DNA from: a virus | Lineage: Duplodnaviria; Caudoviricetes | Direction: 5' to 3' (one strand) | Virus record (IMG/VR): IMGVR_UViG_3300030330_003094 | Span: 1 to 28,569 of that record | Length of the DNA: 28,569 nt | Shown: positions 1 through 10,820 of the stretch, in pieces | Layout: each line of letters begins with the position of its first letter | How positions within the stretch are numbered: the first letter of the stretch is position 1 | The notes under the pieces: model-generated | What the model saw: the letters and a program-made list of their open reading frames with translations, nothing else | Databases searched by the model: none | Told to the model about the DNA's origin: nothing | Translations under genes and position numbers: made by a program

Positions 1-720
1 GCACCTTGTGCTCCATCATCACCTTGTGCACCTTGACCAGCATTAGTTCCTGCTTGACCCTGGTGTCCTTGAGCACCTTGTGCTCCATCATCACCTTGTG
101 CACCTTGACCAGCATTAGTTCCTGCTTGACCCTGGTGTCCTTGAGCACCTTGAGCACCAGTAGCACCTTGGGCACCTTGATCTCCTTGATCGCCTTGATG
201 CCCCTGATGACCTTGTGCTCCCTGAGCACCTTGAGCACCAGTAGCACCTTGATCTCCTTGATCGCCTTGATGTCCCTGATGACCTTGTGCTCCCTGAGCA
301 CCGACAGCACCTTGAGCACCAGTAGCACCTTGATCTCCTTGATCGCCTTGATGCCCCTGATGACCTTGTGCTCCCTGAGCACCCGTATTACCCTGTGCTC
401 CTGTTAGACCTTGATGACCTTGATGACCTTGATGTCCTTGAGCACCTTGTGCTCCATCATCACCTTGTGCACCCTGACCAGCATTAGTTCCTGCTTGACC
501 CTGATGACCCTGATGACCTTGAGAACCTTGTGCACCTGTATTGCCTTGAGCACCTTGTGCACCCGTTAGACCTTGATGACCCTGTGCTCCTTGAGTTCCA
601 ATTGAACCCTGTGCACCATTATCACCTTGAGCACCTGTAGCACCTTGTGCTCCTGAACCAGTTAAACCTTGATGACCTTGAGCACCTGGTGTTCCTACAT
701 TTCCTTGTGCACCTTGAGTT
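1..720. repeat. Collagen-coding tandem repeats, including an exact 72-bp duplication (1-72 / 73-144)
   Basis: Direct inspection. 9-bp periodic gcaccttg(a/t) units, a third related 72-bp-type copy near 442-500, and another unit repeated about three times in 155-385. Confidence 0.9.
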
Positions 721-830
721 TGTATTGGTCCTGCTTTTCTCCAAGATTCTCCATTCCAAAACCATACGTTACCAAAAGCAGTATGCTGTTGGTTAACGTT
801 GGGATTACTTGGAAAATCTATACCTGCCAT
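1..830 (-). CDS. Collagen-like (Gly-X-Y) tail fibre/virion protein; 3' part runs off the window
   Basis: Not in the ORF track. ATG at 828-830 gives MAGIDFPSNPNVNQQHTAFGNVWFWNGESWRKAGPIQTQGAQGNVG..., then long GAQ/GHQ/GDQ triplets to the window edge. Late promoter just upstream. Confidence 0.9.
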   Translation of the reverse strand, partial: MAGIDFPSNPNVNQQHTAFGNVWFWNGESWRKAGPIQTQGAQGNVGTPGAQGHQGLTGSGAQGATGAQGDNGAQGSIGTQGAQGHQGLTGAQGAQGNTGAQGSQGHQGHQGQAGTNAGQGAQGDDGAQGAQGHQGHQGHQGLTGAQGNTGAQGAQGHQGHQGDQGDQGATGAQGAVGAQGAQGHQGHQGDQGDQGATGAQGAQGAQGHQGHQGDQGDQGAQGATGAQGAQGHQGQAGTNAGQGAQGDDGAQGAQGHQGQAGTNAGQGAQGDDGAQG

Positions 831-846
831 TATCTAACTTTTTGAA

Positions 847-852
847 TATTTA
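847..852 (-). promoter_or_regulatory. T4-type late promoter (TAAATA)
   Basis: tattta on + strand, 16 nt upstream of the ATG at 830. Confidence 0.7.
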
Positions 853-2745
853 TTAGGTCTTCATGATATAACAGAGTGCATAATATGGTGGTCTATTTTC
901 GTGTGCCTGATCACTACCAGCATCACTCATACTAAACACAGTGCCTGGATATACACCAGCACCACCATAATTAAATGTTGTTCCACCAGCAGCAGGGAAT
1001 AATTTTGTCCCGTCAACTGTTGTGGTGTGGTTGTGAGAGGGCATCTGTGCTTCAGTAAGAGTTACTGTTTCTGCACCACCAGTGTCACCTACATCATAAT
1101 CTCCATCACCATCATGATATCCGACGACAAATCTACCCCTCAAGTCTGGAGTATTATTCTGACCATTACATAAAACCCAACCTGATGGAATAGCATTTGC
1201 TGCACCAGACCAGAGGAGAATTGCACCAGCTGGAACTGCATATGTTGATAGTCCACCTTGAGCACCAGTAGAACCAGTAGTTCCTTGAGCACCAGTTGAT
1301 CCTGTATTACCCTGAGCACCTGTAGCACCAGTATTTCCCTGATGACCTTGTGCACCTTGAGCACCTGTTGCACCTTGAGCACCAGTAGAACCAGTGGCAC
1401 CTTGGGCACCTGCAAGTCCTTGATCACCCTGTGCTCCAGAACCTGTTGCACCTTGAGCACCAGTAGAACCAGTGGCACCTTGGGCACCAGAACTACCTTG
1501 AGCACCTATAGCACCTTGTGCTCCTGATCCAGTTAAACCTTGGTGTCCTTGAGCACCCTGAGCGCCTGCTGCACCTTGAGCTCCAGCAGGACCAGTTGGT
1601 CCAGAGTTACCTGATGCAGTAACCCATTGGGATGAATTAATATCCTGATAGTAAATTGCTAACTTACCAGTGTCACTGTCCCACCAGAGATCACCAACAT
1701 CAGGAGCAGAGGGAGCAGTTGTGGATATAGCAACAGTTCCTCCGACTCCAGTTAGATTGGAACCATCACCATAAAAACTTGCAGCAGTAACAACACCAGT
1801 AATATTGACATTACCACCAACAAAAAGTTTGTCTGTTGCTAATGTTGTTCCTATCCCAACGTTACCAGCAGTATGGATACCAAGAAAATTTGGTTGCCAA
1901 TAGTTGACCATATTCTGGAGAATACCAGAGTTTGAGTCAACCCACTGTGCACCATCAGCGTCTTGATAATATATTTTAAGTGTTCCAGTATCACTTTCCC
2001 ACCACAGGTCACCATTATTGGGTGAAGGGGGAGCAGTATCAGATATGTTTACAGTATTTGAACCAGACGATGCTTCAACCCATTGGGCAGATGGAATACC
2101 AGAAGCATCATCATAATAAATGAATAGTTCACCAATATCTTCATCCCACCAGAGGTCACCATCATTTGGATTTGATGGTGGATTAGATGATATGGTTACG
2201 TTAGCACCAGTGCCAGATCCACCACCACCTTGTGGACCAGAACTAATACCACTGTTTGCTAAGACCCACTGAGATGAGTTACCGTCATCATAGTAGATAT
2301 TGAGTTCACCCTCGTCACTATCCCACCAGAGGTCACCGTGATTTGAGCCAGCAGGTGCAGCAGTGGATATAGAAACAACTTGAACAGTAACGGTGGAAAT
2401 ACTACCGCTTGCTGTAGCAGTTATCGCTGCACCAACAAAGTTTATCTTTGAAACACTATTTGCAGTTCCGACAAGATTACCCTCGTCAAAAATACTGATA
2501 CCACTGACAAGAGTAGCAGGAGGAATAGCCTGCCAATATCTATCATAAGGACCACCACCGTCAATAGTTACAAGACGATAGTAAGTATTTGAAATGGGTA
2601 TGCTTTTTTCACCTGGATAACCAAGGTTAGGTTCTACTTCACCAGGATGAACATATAGATGGCGGTCAGTATGGAGTCCTGCGAAGGATGTAACCTTCGT
2701 TCTACCACTTAAATATCGCTGCGTCGGTTTTCTTTGTTCTGCCAT
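853..2745 (-). CDS. Tail fibre protein with four GDLWW repeats, a collagen segment and a C-terminal tail-collar domain
   Basis: 4x GDLWWxxDxGxLxIYYxD...QWV; GAQ collagen run; collar motif [11 protein letters not shown]...[10 protein letters not shown]...[11 protein letters not shown]...[15 protein letters not shown]. Confidence 0.88.
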   Translation of the reverse strand: MAEQRKPTQRYLSGRTKVTSFAGLHTDRHLYVHPGEVEPNLGYPGEKSIPISNTYYRLVTIDGGGPYDRYWQAIPPATLVSGISIFDEGNLVGTANSVSKINFVGAAITATASGSISTVTVQVVSISTAAPAGSNHGDLWWDSDEGELNIYYDDGNSSQWVLANSGISSGPQGGGGSGTGANVTISSNPPSNPNDGDLWWDEDIGELFIYYDDASGIPSAQWVEASSGSNTVNISDTAPPSPNNGDLWWESDTGTLKIYYQDADGAQWVDSNSGILQNMVNYWQPNFLGIHTAGNVGIGTTLATDKLFVGGNVNITGVVTAASFYGDGSNLTGVGGTVAISTTAPSAPDVGDLWWDSDTGKLAIYYQDINSSQWVTASGNSGPTGPAGAQGAAGAQGAQGHQGLTGSGAQGAIGAQGSSGAQGATGSTGAQGATGSGAQGDQGLAGAQGATGSTGAQGATGAQGAQGHQGNTGATGAQGNTGSTGAQGTTGSTGAQGGLSTYAVPAGAILLWSGAANAIPSGWVLCNGQNNTPDLRGRFVVGYHDGDGDYDVGDTGGAETVTLTEAQMPSHNHTTTVDGTKLFPAAGGTTFNYGGAGVYPGTVFSMSDAGSDQAHENRPPYYALCYIMKT

Positions 2746-2751
2746 CTATCA

Positions 2752-3720
2752 TTACGCCGTCGTATTTTCGAGGATGCTCGCAATGAATTCCATTTGTAAA
2801 GGTGCAACCAAACCACCACTAGGAGAGACTCCTACATTCACTGTCAATGTATCAGCGGTGAATGCAGTGATAGCGGTTTGAATACCAGCAACAGGGTCTG
2901 TCGCTCTAGGATACTTTTTCTTAGATGCATTATTGTCTTGAGAACAGGTAAATGTCAATGACTCGGTAGCAATGCTAACTGTGTTGCTATTATTTAACCC
3001 ATGAGAAGGAATGGTTAAAACGAGTTCACCTGTTCTTCCATCATATGATGCAGCAGTTGGTGTGTGAGTTGTTGCATTATTATCTGTTACAGCATCATTA
3101 GCAGAACGAATGAAGTAATGAATGGCAGGATTATAAACGTGTCTGTAACCTTTTGATCGACCGATGAAGGATGTAAATGTTCTAGATACACCTACATTTC
3201 CAGTGATGCTATCAACTTCGTAAGACTGTTGAGGATCTGGAAATATCGTTGTCGTAATACCTGTGTTACCAAAACAAGTAAAGGCAATACCTGCCATTGT
3301 TACTTGCTGTCCTGCCTCAAAACCATGAGGATCCATCGTGGTGACAGTAGCAACACCAGAAGGTTCATAATATTCTACATTAGTAATAGTTCCTACACCA
3401 GACTGGTTAGCAGTCATAAACAGTCTATCAACTGTTAGGGCAGTTTTTTCTAATACAAGTCTACCGTCAATAAGAATAGCAGCATCATTAGGTGGAATCT
3501 CAATATCTTTAATGACTCTTATATCTCTTAAATTTCCTGTGCTTCTTGACTCTCTTCTATGAATTAATGTAGCAGTTGGATATGTGCCGACCCCAACATT
3601 AGATACTTGTGCATACAACAAAATAGCAGACGTTCCTGTAGGAACCTCATAAAGTTTTTGCTCTCCTGGTGCAACAGGGACAGCAATTGTAAGAAACTTA
3701 TTGACTGGTGCGACTGCCAT
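2752..3720 (-). CDS. Virion structural protein (baseplate/tail associated, cyanophage type)
   Basis: 322-aa Thr/Gly-rich, beta-type protein with TMDPHGF and IPSHGL motifs, inside the structural operon. Confidence 0.65.
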   Translation of the reverse strand: MAVAPVNKFLTIAVPVAPGEQKLYEVPTGTSAILLYAQVSNVGVGTYPTATLIHRRESRSTGNLRDIRVIKDIEIPPNDAAILIDGRLVLEKTALTVDRLFMTANQSGVGTITNVEYYEPSGVATVTTMDPHGFEAGQQVTMAGIAFTCFGNTGITTTIFPDPQQSYEVDSITGNVGVSRTFTSFIGRSKGYRHVYNPAIHYFIRSANDAVTDNNATTHTPTAASYDGRTGELVLTIPSHGLNNSNTVSIATESLTFTCSQDNNASKKKYPRATDPVAGIQTAITAFTADTLTVNVGVSPSGGLVAPLQMEFIASILENTTA

Positions 3721-3729
3721 CTTATCTTA

Positions 3730-6700
3730 TTATCCTCCCAGGGCAAGTATCAATGGTGTAAGGTTAGCTTGTATCGCTCTATTGAAATCTCTTCCAGAAA
3801 TTGTTGAGGTTGTTTGGTCAATGACAAGTCCCTGACCGATTCTAAAGTTTCCTTTTTGGTCAGTGCTGGTGAACGGAACTTGTCCACCATTGATCGCAAT
3901 GATCTCATTCTCAGGAATAGGAATACCGCCCTGGAAGGGGTTTGCTCTATTTATGTCTGTACCCGCACCAACATATTCAAAGGAATGAGAACTTGTAATG
4001 ATGCGACTCAACCTTCTCATTTCAATATCTGTTCCAGCGGATACGGAATATGGAATGAACTCATTGAATGTAACTGTGGTCAATCCAGCAGTTGTTGGTT
4101 CTGTTGCAGTATCAACAGTAAAGAGGATAGGATCAGTAACAGCAATAGCAACAGCAGAACCTTCAGAGAAGGTGATATTCATTGGTTGGTTGGGGAGGAA
4201 GTTTCTACCACTTGCAATAATGTCCACAGAACTGATGGTTCCAGCAGCACTTACGTTAGCAGATAGTTCTGCAACAATTGATTCTGGACCTTGTGGAGTA
4301 TCAATAAGAACATTAGGTGGAGCTCCAACAGTATATCCAGAACCACCATTTGTTATCTCAACTCTACGAAGAGTTCTCATTGGTTGTGTAACAATACCTG
4401 TAGCACCACCAACATCATTGTAGTCTGCAAGGTCTATCTTAAAGAAGCAACCCTGACCATCAAATGGTTTTCTAGGATTATTGAACTCATCTCTTACATC
4501 ATCAAACTCAAAGGTATCAACTCCAGCGATGACTGAGGTGGTTGTGACTCCAGTAAACTCTGCATTACTGGTGCCGTCAGCCATCAGACCAACATTACCA
4601 AATGATGAGTTGGAGTTTGTAAGGTCACATTGTCCACCAGAAGCACAGAAGATAGCAATATCGCAGTTGATAGTGAAGATAGAAACCAACTGAGCGTATC
4701 CTTTATTGGTGATAGAAACACCAATACCTGCCTCATTGTATTGAGTGAATGAGTCACAAACCATACTACGAAGGTCTTGACCTAAGTTATTTGTTCCTGT
4801 GTAATTGGCGATAGCAAAGTTACCATCAATTCTCATACCAACACTACCAGTGATGAAGTTGGTGCAGTTTCTTACATAAGGCGATCTCCACCTTCCACTT
4901 GGTCCTTCGTTGATAGGTCCAAGTCCAATATATCCACTTCTAGCACTAGTAACACCAGCAAGAACACCTTCTGATGTTGGTGGGAATGCAACACAACCAC
5001 CTGGTGCGTGGTCAACACCAAAGGTTTCAGCAGCAAAGTTCAAGTTCTCAACCAGACATCCTCTTCTTACGTGGAAGATATCATCTCCTGGATTGCGTGG
5101 AACGACGGTAACAAGTCTAAGATCCTGACCAGTGATAGAAACGTCAGTTCTCATTCCAACAGGATTGTTCTCAAAATACACACCTGGTCTTACATAGATG
5201 GTATCACCATCTTGTGCTGCTTCACAAGCACCTCCGATAGTTGCTTTAGCATCACCTTCAAGTAAACCTGTATTATTGTCGCTACCATCTTTAGTAACAT
5301 AAAGAATATTCTTTGTCTGAACACCAGGTGGTCTCCAAGATACACCAGTGCCTACAGTCGCTAAGCGATAGTCAGTCTTACCAACACCCGCACTATCATT
5401 GATATCAAATACAGGACCATCAAGGTCTACAGATCCAGAGAATGTGGATGCTGCACTTACAGTCAGTGTGTTGGTTGTTGTGGCGGCACCAACTTCAAGA
5501 CCACCATCTATCTCTACAGAATTTCTAGATGAGTTGTATCTAATACCAGGGTCAACTCTTAATATCTCACCATCTGTGCTTGTAGAGTTTTCAACAAATG
5601 GTAAGAAGAAGAACTGATCACTGGTAGTTTGAATTGTTCTGATATTCAGAGCAGTTGTTCCAATACCAGCAGTTCTTGCGAACGTAGAGATACCAGCAGT
5701 AAGAGCGAAACCAGCAGTGGTTGCAAATGTAGCAATGCCAGCAGTCTGAGCAAATCCTGCACGGTTAGCAAACGTAGCGATACCAGCAGTCTGAGCGAAC
5801 CCAGCACTTGTGGATAGACCAGAGAATGTAGAATATCCTGCTATCTCTGCAAAGGTAACAATGCCTGCTTTAATAGCAAAGGTAGAAATACCAGCGGTAA
5901 GAGCAAAACCAGCAGTAGGTGTGAATGTAGCAATACCAGCAGTCTGGGCAAACCCAGCGATGGTAGATATTCCTGCAGTGAGTGCGAAACCAGCAGTTGG
6001 TGTAAAGGTTGCGATACCAGCAGTAAGTGCAAAACCTGCTATTCTAGCAGTAGAAATAGTTCCTGTAGCGAAACCTGATACTATCAGACCACTATCGATG
6101 AATACTTCTCTTTCAAACTCAACTTCTCCCCTAAACAGAGATTGACCATTAACGTCAAGAGGAACAGTGGGGTTGTTGATATTAATACCAACATTGACTG
6201 TGGTATGAATACCAGCGTTTGTCTTTACCCAATGATCGATAATATCAACATCAACCTGTAAAGGATTATTTGGGTTTATGGTAGTATTAACAACATCTCC
6301 ACCAGAGCGTGTGCCGATGAAGTTCATTATGGTGAATGAACCTACACCAACACTAACACCTTCATTCTTTACAAAGAAACCATCAGACAGAGCGTCTGGA
6401 GTAGCTTGAACCCAGCGGATACCATTGATATCTCTTGATAAGAAAAATCCATCTTGACCTGGGCTATTATCAGAGTCATAGATGTTCTGGTCAATCTTAA
6501 TATCACCAGCAACATCAATTAACCTATCGGGTTGTGTGGTGCCGATACCAACGCGACCCTGCCTAGGACCTTCACCAAACATCGAAATGTTTCTGGCAGC
6601 ACCAACATAAAATCTATCTGTTGTTGTGAGAATACCAACCTGAAGGTTATCAAGTGGTTTATCAATAAAAACATCACCTCTAAAGGTAGCGATGCCTGTT

Positions 6701-6897
6701 GAAATAAGATTCCTGAGTGTCGATACACCTGTTACATTCAGGTTGTTTAACTCAGTCTGACCATCAACATCTAGGTCTTCTAGATAAAGATCTCCATAGA
6801 TGTATACATCCTCATAAAATCTTGCATCACTATTGAACCAGGACTCCTGACCTGTAATAACTGGTTCTACATTAGGATCTGGTTCTTGTCTCGGCAT
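3730..6897 (-). CDS. Large virion structural / fibre-like protein with probable beta-helix region
   Basis: 1055 aa; GRVGIGTT motif; TAGFA.TAGI repeats; LYVTKDGSDNNTG...ATI..A...AQDGDTIYVRPGVYFE (pectin-lyase-like N-cap); SPYVRNCT; SSHSFEYVGAG; TSTDQKGNFRIG. Confidence 0.75.
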   Translation of the reverse strand: MPRQEPDPNVEPVITGQESWFNSDARFYEDVYIYGDLYLEDLDVDGQTELNNLNVTGVSTLRNLISTGIATFRGDVFIDKPLDNLQVGILTTTDRFYVGAARNISMFGEGPRQGRVGIGTTQPDRLIDVAGDIKIDQNIYDSDNSPGQDGFFLSRDINGIRWVQATPDALSDGFFVKNEGVSVGVGSFTIMNFIGTRSGGDVVNTTINPNNPLQVDVDIIDHWVKTNAGIHTTVNVGININNPTVPLDVNGQSLFRGEVEFEREVFIDSGLIVSGFATGTISTARIAGFALTAGIATFTPTAGFALTAGISTIAGFAQTAGIATFTPTAGFALTAGISTFAIKAGIVTFAEIAGYSTFSGLSTSAGFAQTAGIATFANRAGFAQTAGIATFATTAGFALTAGISTFARTAGIGTTALNIRTIQTTSDQFFFLPFVENSTSTDGEILRVDPGIRYNSSRNSVEIDGGLEVGAATTTNTLTVSAASTFSGSVDLDGPVFDINDSAGVGKTDYRLATVGTGVSWRPPGVQTKNILYVTKDGSDNNTGLLEGDAKATIGGACEAAQDGDTIYVRPGVYFENNPVGMRTDVSITGQDLRLVTVVPRNPGDDIFHVRRGCLVENLNFAAETFGVDHAPGGCVAFPPTSEGVLAGVTSARSGYIGLGPINEGPSGRWRSPYVRNCTNFITGSVGMRIDGNFAIANYTGTNNLGQDLRSMVCDSFTQYNEAGIGVSITNKGYAQLVSIFTINCDIAIFCASGGQCDLTNSNSSFGNVGLMADGTSNAEFTGVTTTSVIAGVDTFEFDDVRDEFNNPRKPFDGQGCFFKIDLADYNDVGGATGIVTQPMRTLRRVEITNGGSGYTVGAPPNVLIDTPQGPESIVAELSANVSAAGTISSVDIIASGRNFLPNQPMNITFSEGSAVAIAVTDPILFTVDTATEPTTAGLTTVTFNEFIPYSVSAGTDIEMRRLSRIITSSHSFEYVGAGTDINRANPFQGGIPIPENEIIAINGGQVPFTSTDQKGNFRIGQGLVIDQTTSTISGRDFNRAIQANLTPLILALGG
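5655..6075 (-). repeat. Intragenic peptide repeats TAGFA(L/Q)TAGI(A/S)TF
   Basis: About 8-9 imperfect copies visible in the translation of 3730..6897. Confidence 0.85.
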
Positions 6898-6898
6898 A

Positions 6899-7450
6899 TT
6901 AGATTCCTAATGAAAACTTTGCTACTGACTTAACAACAGTTGTTGCTGCTCTGACTTTATCTGTTCCAACAAACGACTTTTCAAATACTCTTGCCATCCA
7001 TTTTACTTCAAATGGAACACCAGTTCCATTATGACCGTCAATGTCTAGGATAGGAGAGTATATCTCCATTCTATTATCTGCGGTAATTTTCATATCATTT
7101 GCTGCGTGCATCGTTAAGTCACCACCAGATGTGATATTAATATCATCACCCTTTATCCAAACTTTTCCATTAGCAGCAAAAAGTTGAAGGTCTCCTTTTT
7201 GTGACTCAATTTTTATATCTACACCTTCATGACCATGAGCAATGCCAGCACTCATTTCAATACTATGACTGCTGTTTATCTGAACTTTTCCAGACTCATT
7301 GTGATTTAATACAAAGGACTGACCCTGTTCAGTTACACTACAGATTGGTGTAGAAGCATTACCACCACCATCACCAATTGCAGAGTTACCTGATTCCTGA
7401 AAGAAGCGAGAACCACATGACTTTTTCCATCTTGAATTTGTCTTTGCCAT
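6899..7450 (-). CDS. gp5 C-terminal-like / spike beta-helix protein
   Basis: Directly downstream of and coupled to gp5. About 8-residue strand periodicity (GDLQLFAA NGKVWIKG DDINITSG GDLTMHAA NDMKITAD NRMEIYSP). Confidence 0.55.
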   Translation of the reverse strand: MAKTNSRWKKSCGSRFFQESGNSAIGDGGGNASTPICSVTEQGQSFVLNHNESGKVQINSSHSIEMSAGIAHGHEGVDIKIESQKGDLQLFAANGKVWIKGDDINITSGGDLTMHAANDMKITADNRMEIYSPILDIDGHNGTGVPFEVKWMARVFEKSFVGTDKVRAATTVVKSVAKFSLGI

Positions 7451-9471
7451 CAGCTAACACAATCGATAACTTGCTTTATTTCTCCTTGTGGTGGTCTCTC
7501 ATCAGTAAGAACTGCAGAGAGTTGTGCACCATCACCAGTTCCTATAATTTCAAAAATAGGAATCTCTGTAATATCAATATTATTTATCGGGGTAACACGA
7601 ACTATGCTGCCGTTAAACACTTCAACATCATATTCATTATCAAACTGATCTGTGACAAAAGTATTGTCACCATATCCCGTTCCAGGGTTAACAATAATAA
7701 CTTTGTCAATTACTAATGGTGAGTCATCCTCTACTGGATATCCTTCACCCTCAGTGACAATGTAAATTGAATCCACTTTTCCATCTTTGAGTATTGCTTG
7801 TGCATGAGCACCATATCCTTTATTACAGTTATCAGTAACTTCAACAAATGGTGGATACAAATAACCACTACCACCATCAGCAACCTTGATACTTATAACA
7901 CTACCAGTTCTTGACGAACCTTCACCAACAAAGTTACCCATAAGTGCCAGTGCATTTGCCCCTGAACCTCTCCCACCAAATATGTTAATCTTAGGTCCTC
8001 CACAAATAGTGGGCAAACCACTATAACAAGATCCAAGAGCACTCTTGAAACCAGGGACTTTCATATTTGGATCAAACATATCAAGAGCACCAACAACGTC
8101 TTGAACACCATCTAGTGGGAATCCTGTTGCTTTAGCAGCAACCTTAGCAGCGTTTGCTACATTGGCATTGCCAAGAATTCTACCCATATCAACATCATTA
8201 CCACTTACTTCACCAATACCATTAATATACTTACAAGTTCCTCTGTTAACAACCTTTCTCTTATTACAAGAAGCAAAACCAACCAGTCCAGACAAGAGGT
8301 CTAAACTATTTCTAATCATATTATCAACACTGAAGTTAGAGAAGAATGTTAATATCTTGGACACACCACCCAAAACTCCAGTCATCATTCCAGAAATTCT
8401 ATCAATGACGCCGTTTAGAATACCACCAACAAATTGATCGACCATACAGTCAGCAAAGTTGGCAACATTATCAACTATAGAGTTGAGCATACCCTCAACC
8501 ATGTCTGCAACTCCATTCAAGACCTGACCAACAATACACTTGTAAAGATCTTGAACTGCCTTTACTGGTCCAACCATAGCCTCTTGTGCCTTAACACCTG
8601 CTCTGTGGGCAGCTTGGGTGCTTCCTGTAGCAGCAAGAACAATACCATAAACTGTTTTGTATAACATATCAAGTCCACCCTGAAGAATAGGGACAAGACC
8701 TTCATATGTTCCTGCTACAGTTGGTCCTACAATACCACCAGACCAGTTTCTAATGTGTTCTGTTACACCAGCAATTTCTTCTTTGACAAGATCTCTATAG
8801 TATTCAGTGCCCTCATCAAACTGTGCTTTGAATGTTCTTATGTCTTTTACAAAGTTTTCAATGGATGCTGATATTTCATTAACAGAGTTTGCTATGGAAC
8901 TTTCTTTACAAGGTACAGTGCTTACTTTACCTTGGTCTGGTATAAGTGGTTTAGTTCCGTTCTGTTCTGTCTCTTCTCTTGGTCTACTTTCTGGAGATGG
9001 TTGAGACTCATCAGAGCTATCATTTACTTCATTCTTGATAGTATACCTTGAAGGTTTTACAGTTTTACTATATCCACTAAAAACCTTAAACGGACTTGGT
9101 ATATCACTATCTTCAGATCTAAACTTAGAGTTACCAAACATTCCCATGATGATAGGAACCTGCCCATCATCACCATCAAGGAAGAAACCTATTACAACAT
9201 CTCCCTGGTTGAAATGGATTGACTCTGCCCATTGACCACTTCCGGTTCCTGAACCAGGTGGAAGCATGACATGTGCGAATGGTAGATCATCATCAGATAA
9301 CAAAGAGGTATTATATGGGTGATAACCCATTATCCTAACTTTATATCTGTAACCAAATCCACCACCAGTTACCTGTTTCTCGTAGGACTTTTCATCAGCA
9401 ATCTGACCGATCCACCAAACGAATCCGTCTCTTCCTACAAAATTACTCTTAAAAAAATTATTCTCTTCCAT
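7450..9471 (-). CDS. gp5: Baseplate hub subunit gp5-like (N-terminal OB fold; no recognisable lysozyme domain)
   Basis: GRDGFVWWIGQI...RYKVRIMGYH...DDLPFAHVMLP...GDVVIGFFLDGDDGQVPIIMG matches the gp5 OB-fold pattern. Confidence 0.85.
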   Translation of the reverse strand: MEENNFFKSNFVGRDGFVWWIGQIADEKSYEKQVTGGGFGYRYKVRIMGYHPYNTSLLSDDDLPFAHVMLPPGSGTGSGQWAESIHFNQGDVVIGFFLDGDDGQVPIIMGMFGNSKFRSEDSDIPSPFKVFSGYSKTVKPSRYTIKNEVNDSSDESQPSPESRPREETEQNGTKPLIPDQGKVSTVPCKESSIANSVNEISASIENFVKDIRTFKAQFDEGTEYYRDLVKEEIAGVTEHIRNWSGGIVGPTVAGTYEGLVPILQGGLDMLYKTVYGIVLAATGSTQAAHRAGVKAQEAMVGPVKAVQDLYKCIVGQVLNGVADMVEGMLNSIVDNVANFADCMVDQFVGGILNGVIDRISGMMTGVLGGVSKILTFFSNFSVDNMIRNSLDLLSGLVGFASCNKRKVVNRGTCKYINGIGEVSGNDVDMGRILGNANVANAAKVAAKATGFPLDGVQDVVGALDMFDPNMKVPGFKSALGSCYSGLPTICGGPKINIFGGRGSGANALALMGNFVGEGSSRTGSVISIKVADGGSGYLYPPFVEVTDNCNKGYGAHAQAILKDGKVDSIYIVTEGEGYPVEDDSPLVIDKVIIVNPGTGYGDNTFVTDQFDNEYDVEVFNGSIVRVTPINNIDITEIPIFEIIGTGDGAQLSAVLTDERPPQGEIKQVIDCVS

Positions 9472-10820
9472 CAGTCTGTACTGTATGAACCGTAGGTATC
9501 CCTTACAAGTTTCAAGGTTGTTAACGATCTCGTAGCGTCAAATGAATGGCACAACTCTTTTATCATATATAGACCACTTTGTTCACGGTCATAATCAGCA
9601 CCTTCAGAGGTATTTACCAAATGAATATTCAAACAGTCACCCACTGCCAAATTAGTATTTGAAGGGACTGTCATGTTAACAACTTGATTGAAAAGTAGGT
9701 TGTATCTTAGTAATGACTCTCTCTGAAACTCACTAGGTATTGCATTGACCTCTGGACTGATACCACCCGATTCAATTACGCCACTATCTTTTACTGAAGA
9801 GAAAATACGACTTGGCATTTCAGAGATATTTAAACCCTCATCATTAACAATATTTGGAGGTTCTGGTGTTGTTCCTAGTGTTCTTATTTTTCCATACTTT
9901 AATATTTGATTTACCATACTAAAAGATCCCTGACTTAGAGGAGTGAAACTCATGGTTGCAGGATCGAATTCTACATGAAATGATGAATACATTCCATATC
10001 TCATTTTTCTTAAGAGATCATTATTTTTACTTACAGAATAGTTCAATATATTCCTGTCAGTGTTCTCCCCATAAGTTTGAACCTCCATAGACTCATAATC
10101 ATATGCATTTTTGTTATCTTTTACTCTCTGTATACCTTCATTAATTAATTCATCAATAGGCTTGAAGTGATATCCTCTTGCTGTTTCATAAAAGAAAAAT
10201 CCGGCAAGACCACCACCATCAGGTGAAGGAGGTTTTCCTTTTGACGCTAACCACACTAATGTTGTAAATGGTTTTTTGAAATTGCCTATAAAACCATAGT
10301 TAAGTTTTGATGGTCGTTTGAATGGTGAGACTATTAGTGGTTTTTTACTATTCAAGTATGTTCTAAGAATATTTTCTACAATATCTTCCGGTGGTTGCTT
10401 TTTATACTTTTGATGTATTCTTGATGTCTCATTAGTGATAGACTCTCTAGTAGTCAATGCTATTGTGAATATTTCTTTTCTAGAGTCTCTAATAACTGCC
10501 TTAATGCTTGAAACATAAAGAGCTGTATCTGGTGTTGAAAAATCTAACCCAGGGTTAGTTTCATTATTTCCGTTTATTTTGATAAAAACTCTCTCACCAC
10601 CTCTTAATGGAAGTCCACTATAAATGGACATAAACTTACCACCTTCACCTTCAATAGTTCCACCAGTGTTGACGATTTCCATCACAGCAGTTATGGTTGG
10701 TGAAAACAAATCCTCATAATATAGAAAATTTGTCACACCAAGTTTTACATCAACAGACTGAGAACCATCTGCTGCTTCAATAATTATACTTTCATATAAA
10801 GAAGGATCTATCGCCGCCAT
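9471..10820 (-). CDS. Baseplate hub protein (gp27-like)
   Basis: YYEDLFSPTITA, FFFYETARGYHFKPID and SGLYMIKELCHSF...TTLKLVRD hub-type motifs; lies just upstream of gp5. Confidence 0.7.
   Translation of the reverse strand: MAAIDPSLYESIIIEAADGSQSVDVKLGVTNFLYYEDLFSPTITAVMEIVNTGGTIEGEGGKFMSIYSGLPLRGGERVFIKINGNNETNPGLDFSTPDTALYVSSIKAVIRDSRKEIFTIALTTRESITNETSRIHQKYKKQPPEDIVENILRTYLNSKKPLIVSPFKRPSKLNYGFIGNFKKPFTTLVWLASKGKPPSPDGGGLAGFFFYETARGYHFKPIDELINEGIQRVKDNKNAYDYESMEVQTYGENTDRNILNYSVSKNNDLLRKMRYGMYSSFHVEFDPATMSFTPLSQGSFSMVNQILKYGKIRTLGTTPEPPNIVNDEGLNISEMPSRIFSSVKDSGVIESGGISPEVNAIPSEFQRESLLRYNLLFNQVVNMTVPSNTNLAVGDCLNIHLVNTSEGADYDREQSGLYMIKELCHSFDATRSLTTLKLVRDTYGSYSTD

Noticed and set aside
6-407. 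133-aa plus-strand ORF (also 1342..1527 and 1140..1505)
   Set aside because: Antisense or alternative-frame shadow of the collagen repeats; the real gene is the minus-strand Gly-X-Y frame.
1-720. Regular repeats as a possible CRISPR array
   Set aside because: The repeats are codon-phased and have no unique spacers; they encode collagen triplets.
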